From positions 3,199-67,198 of the forward strand of contig CAYTTB010000006.1 in NCBI GenBank assembly GCA_964440565.1: DNA of 64,000 nucleotides. Direction: 5' to 3'. This DNA comes from an uncultured Thermoanaerobaculia bacterium (GTDB taxonomy: Bacteria; Acidobacteriota; Thermoanaerobaculia; Thermoanaerobaculales; Sulfomarinibacteraceae). The notes beneath the pieces were generated by a model. That model searched no databases. It had not been told where the DNA came from and worked only from the letters and a program-made list of their open reading frames with translations. Shown here piece after piece: positions 60,982-64,000 of the stretch. The translations under genes and the position numbers were made by a program. Numbering within the stretch: position 1 is the first letter of the stretch; each line of letters begins with the position of its first letter.

Positions 60982-61989
60982 TCAGCAGCTGCGTTCGAGG
61001 AGGAGGTTCGCGGCCCGTTCCAGGGCCGCGGCCTCCGGCCGCCCCCGGAACTCCGCGAGCTGGGCCACCGCCTCCGCCGCGAACCGCTCGGCCCGGCGGC
61101 GCACCTCGTCCAGGACGCCGGAAGTCCGCACGAGCTCCAGCAGCTCCGGGGCGGTGATGGCCCCGAACTCGCCCTCCCGCGCGATCCGGGCGATGGCCTC
61201 GCGCCGCATCCCGTCGAGGCGCGGCAGGAGCAGGATGAGCGGCAGCGTCACGCGTCCCTCGCGCAGGTCGGCGAGCACCGGCTTGCCGAGCTGCTCGGCG
61301 CTCGCCGTGTAGTCCAGCACGTCGTCGATGAGCTGGAAGCAGAGGCCGAGGCTGCGCCCGAAGGCGGCGAGCTGGCCCGTGAGGTGCAGGGTCGAGGGCT
61401 GGAACAGCGCCGGCAGGGCACACGCGGCGGCGAACAGCTCCGCCGTCTTGCGCCGCGTGATCTCCATGTAGGTGTCCTCGTCGAGGTCGATGCGCCCCCG
61501 CACCTGGTCGGCCAGGATCTCGCCCTCGATCATCTTGAGGGTCGCTCCAGTGAGCAGGCGCATCACCTCCACGTCGCCCAGCTCGAGGCAGAGGTCCATC
61601 GTGCGGGTGTAGAGCCAGTCGCCCACCAGCACCGCCGGCTGGTTACCCCACCGCCTGTTGGCCGTGGGCCGCCCCCGCCGCAGCTCCGACTCGTCGATGA
61701 TGTCGTCGTGGATGAGCGTGGCGGTGTGAATCAGCTCCACCACCGCCGCGTAGCGCACCGAGCGCTCGCCCTCGTACCCCAGCATCCGCGAGATCAGGAG
61801 CACCAGCGCGGGCCGGATCCTCTTGCCGCCGCCGCCCAGCACCCACCCCGCGACCTCACGCACCATCGGCAGGGCCCCGGCGAGCTCCCGCTCGAAGAAG
61901 GCCTCCACGCCCTCGAGCTCCGACCGGACCGAGCCGAACACGTCGCGGATCTCCCGCGCGTGCTTCAGGGAGCGAACCGGACTCTCCAC
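60982..61989 (-). CDS. trans-polyprenyl diphosphate synthase (IspB-like)
   Basis: First Asp-rich motif LIHDDIIDES, second Asp-rich motif FQLIDDVLD, and GKRIRP upstream. 335 aa. Confidence 0.88.
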   Translation of the reverse strand: MESPVRSLKHAREIRDVFGSVRSELEGVEAFFERELAGALPMVREVAGWVLGGGGKRIRPALVLLISRMLGYEGERSVRYAAVVELIHTATLIHDDIIDESELRRGRPTANRRWGNQPAVLVGDWLYTRTMDLCLELGDVEVMRLLTGATLKMIEGEILADQVRGRIDLDEDTYMEITRRKTAELFAAACALPALFQPSTLHLTGQLAAFGRSLGLCFQLIDDVLDYTASAEQLGKPVLADLREGRVTLPLILLLPRLDGMRREAIARIAREGEFGAITAPELLELVRTSGVLDEVRRRAERFAAEAVAQLAEFRGRPEAAALERAANLLLERSC

Positions 61990-62196
61990 CGCTGCAGTCT
62001 AACCGGGAACGTCGGCGGGGACAACGCCATCCGGGGCAAGAAGCTCGCCCAGGATCGCTGCACCACCGCCTCGGCGCCGGCGGGCAGCACCGACGGCTCG
62101 AGCGAAGGCGCGATCCGCTGCCTCCGGCGGCCCCCTTCCCCTCCGCCGACGGAGCGACGGCCGGGGCCGGGCGAGGCGAGGGACCGCCCGGCGCAG

Positions 62197-62316
62197 GTGA
62201 CGTGAGGCAGCGAGCCGCGCAGCGGCTCGCGCGGCCGAACGTCACCCCGAGGGCGAAGCCCGAGGGGTCTCATCCCCAAGAAGCCGCAACGTGCTTCCCG
62301 TGGATGAGCTCCCTCG
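62197..62316. other. cluster of strong hairpins in a 467-bp non-coding gap (terminator array or unclassified structured RNA)
   Basis: Hairpin 1: GTGACGT..GCGAGCCGC-GCA-GCGGCTCGC..ACGTCAC (62197-62245). Hairpin 2: a small GGGC-GAA-GCCC (about 62250-62260). Hairpin 3: CGAGGGGTCTCATCC...GAAGC-CGCAACGT-GCTTC...GGATGAGCTCCCTCG (62261-62316). No convincing ORF lies across 61990-62456. Confidence 0.35.
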
Positions 62317-62456
62317 TCGCGGCCCCCGGCCGCTCGTCGGGATGACGGGGGCCCCGCACGGCCCCCCGCCGGGCCGGGCGCGGCCCGCAGGGTGGTGGCA
62401 GCCTTCACGGCCGTCTCGCCCCGACGGGCCGAAGGCCGCGCTCCCCGGGGCGTCTC

Positions 62457-63092
62457 TCACCCCGGCCGCGGAGGATCGGCGTCGGCGCAGCGGACGCCCG
62501 GGGGTGGCTCCGGCAGCCACGAGGCGGGCGGGGCCACCGGCGCCCAGCCCAGGAACCGGATCCGGTTCACCGCCCCGGCGGCGTCGTGCAGCGTCACCAC
62601 CGCGGGCAGCCCGTCGCCGCCGACGACGAGCTCCACCCTGGCGATGTCGCCCGGCGTCCGCGGGACCAGCACCACCGTCCCGCCCTCCTCGAGGATCGTG
62701 AACCGTTCCACCGCCCGGCCCGGATCCACCACCGCGGTGAGCGGCAGCCGCGCCCACTCCGCCGCGCCGAGCGTCCGCTCCTCGCAGCTGCCCACCTCGA
62801 GGTCCACGAGCCGTACCCGCCGCCCCGCGGCGCCCAGCCAGCGTACGGGCGGTTCGCCGGTCGCCCACAGGGCCCGGTCCGGCCATCCCACCCACACCTC
62901 GCCCCTCGCCGTCTCCCCCTCGGCGAACCCGGCCGGCACGTACCGCTGCTCGTAACGGGCGTGCCACGCGGGCCGGGTCCGGAACGTGTCCGCCAGGCGC
63001 TGGAGGCGCTCGAGCCCGCCGCCGGCCGCGGAGGGCGCGGCCGCGAGCGCCAGGGTCGCCAGGAGCGCGAGCTCAGCCCTCGATCTCCACAC
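62457..63092 (-). CDS. LolA-like outer-membrane lipoprotein carrier family protein
   Basis: Signal ELALLATLALAAAPSAAG. It has a LolA-like N-terminal pattern (LERLQRLADTFRTRPAWHARYEQRYVPAGFAEGETARGEVWV) and LolA-like length. Confidence 0.5.
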   Translation of the reverse strand: MWRSRAELALLATLALAAAPSAAGGGLERLQRLADTFRTRPAWHARYEQRYVPAGFAEGETARGEVWVGWPDRALWATGEPPVRWLGAAGRRVRLVDLEVGSCEERTLGAAEWARLPLTAVVDPGRAVERFTILEEGGTVVLVPRTPGDIARVELVVGGDGLPAVVTLHDAAGAVNRIRFLGWAPVAPPASWLPEPPPGVRCADADPPRPG

Positions 63093-63504
63093 CCTGAACC
63101 GCCCGCGCCACCACGAAGACGCGCTCGTTGTTGCTCTCGGGGTCGGTGGGAACCAGCATGAACCCGCGATCCTTCACCGAGTAGTGGTGCACGAGCCCCC
63201 GCATCACCTCGCCGTCCACGAAGTCCACCCGGGCCCGCGCCCCGCGGAGGTGCTCCCGCCCCCCGAAGGCGAGGTCGGCCTCGCGCTGGGCCGGGTGCTT
63301 CAGGAAGAACACGGCCTTGAGCGCGGGAAGCGGCGCCACCACCCGCTCCCCCTCCGGCGTCGTCACCGTCACCTCGTCGGTCCCCCGCGGGTCGAACGGC
63401 CCCTCGAGCCGTCCCCTGACGGTGCGGCCATCGAGGTAGCGGAGGACCACCTCAGGGCTCTCGCGTTCCATGCCGCGCACCTCCGGCTGCCTCCAATCGT
63501 ACAC
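63073..63504 (-). CDS. hypothetical protein (two-module beta-rich, unknown function)
   Basis: 143 aa with high GC3. Repeated pattern VLRYLDGRTVRGRLEG / VDFVDGEVMRGLVHHY. The start may be the internal MERESP. Confidence 0.45.
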   Translation of the reverse strand: MYDWRQPEVRGMERESPEVVLRYLDGRTVRGRLEGPFDPRGTDEVTVTTPEGERVVAPLPALKAVFFLKHPAQREADLAFGGREHLRGARARVDFVDGEVMRGLVHHYSVKDRGFMLVPTDPESNNERVFVVARAVQGVEIEG

Positions 63505-63507
63505 CGG

Positions 63508-64000
63508 TCAGTGCCGGAAATGGCGCCGCCCGGTGAACACCATCGCGAGGCCGAGCCGGTCGCAGGCGGCGACCACCTCCCGATCGCGGATGGAGCCCCC
63601 GGGCTGGATCACCGCCCGCACGCCCGCCGCCGCCAGTGCCTCGACGCCATCCGGGAACGGGAAGAAGGCGTCCGACGCGGCCACGCTCCCCTCCAGCGGG
63701 TGCTGGAACTGCCTCGCCTTCTCCACCGCGATCCGCGCCGCGTCCACCCGGCTCATCTGGCCCGCCCCGATCCCCAGCACCCGGTCGGCCGTGCCCACCA
63801 CGATGGCGTTGGAGCCCACGTGCTTCACCACCCGCCAGGCGAGCTCCAGCGCCTCCATCTCCTCGGGCTCCGGCGCGCGCCGGGTCACCACCCGCCGCTC
63901 CTCGCCCTCCCACCCCTCGTCCGCCGCCTGGAGCAGGAACCCCCCGTCCACGGAGCGCACCACCGGGACGCCGGGCACCGGAGGCGTCGCCTCGAGCACC
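63508..64000 (-). CDS. purH: bifunctional AICAR transformylase / IMP cyclohydrolase, C-terminal part (5' end outside the window)
   Basis: Canonical PurH C-terminus: [69 protein letters not shown] followed by a stop. Confidence 0.9.
   Translation of the reverse strand, partial: VLEATPPVPGVPVVRSVDGGFLLQAADEGWEGEERRVVTRRAPEPEEMEALELAWRVVKHVGSNAIVVGTADRVLGIGAGQMSRVDAARIAVEKARQFQHPLEGSVAASDAFFPFPDGVEALAAAGVRAVIQPGGSIRDREVVAACDRLGLAMVFTGRRHFRH

Noticed and set aside
61990-62456. Identification of the structured gap as RNase P RNA, tmRNA, SRP RNA or 6S RNA
   Set aside because: I found none of the universally conserved blocks on either strand: GGAAAGTCCGG / ACAGAACCCGGCTTA for RNase P, the tRNA-like TCCACCA end plus a tag ORF for tmRNA, or the GGAAGCAGCC helix-8 motif for SRP. 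I keep it only as an unclassified hairpin cluster.

Overview
Very GC-rich (by eye above 70% G+C), densely coding bacterial chromosomal segment. I saw no rRNA, tRNA, CRISPR array, transposase or integrase. The six-frame track is dominated by long shadow ORFs typical of high-GC DNA. Calls therefore rest on recognisable protein motifs, third-codon-position GC bias, RBS/start context and the many 1-8 nt start/stop overlaps (ATGA/GTGA) that mark operons.

Layout:
(1) 1-5.2 kb: tail of a PqqD-like gene, an HprK-like P-loop protein, a prolyl oligopeptidase, an apparently frame-disrupted hypothetical gene and a GT-A glycosyltransferase.
(2) 5.8-12.9 kb: a 2-oxoglutarate dehydrogenase operon (sucA-sucB-lpdA), extended by a translationally coupled RuBisCO-like protein (form IV) and a cupin.
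(3) 13.1-15 kb: a Ser/Thr kinase.
(4) 15-29.8 kb: a glycan locus. The + strand operon carries three GT4 enzymes, an AsnB-type amidotransferase, an FkbM methyltransferase, a Wzx flippase and a sulfotransferase. The - strand operon carries a GT2 enzyme, a GT-C enzyme and two large TPR-tailed membrane proteins.
(5) 30-57.2 kb, the standout: a roughly 27 kb multiheme-cytochrome island with about 60 CXXCH motifs in seven proteins. These are three paralogous 4-5 heme small cytochromes, a 5-heme, a 7+1-heme, a 21-heme and a 1498-aa FN3/Ig-multiheme giant. The island also holds three NHL beta-propeller proteins, a parvulin PPIase, a putative outer-membrane beta-barrel, its own System II cytochrome c maturation genes (ccsB/ccsA), a B12-radical SAM enzyme, a GAF-HD-GYP protein, and a heme-c-motif sensor kinase with an NtrC-type sigma-54 activator. 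Five near-consensus sigma-54 (-24/-12) promoters sit exactly in the intergenic gaps in front of these operons.
(6) 57.2-64 kb: housekeeping genes (HAD hydrolase, TANGO2/NRDE-like, TolB-like propeller, polyprenyl synthase, LolA-like, purH 3' end).

My main hypothesis is that the island is a sigma-54-controlled extracellular electron transfer / cytochrome-filament biogenesis system of a poorly described type. All homology statements are by-eye motif recognition and need database and structure confirmation.
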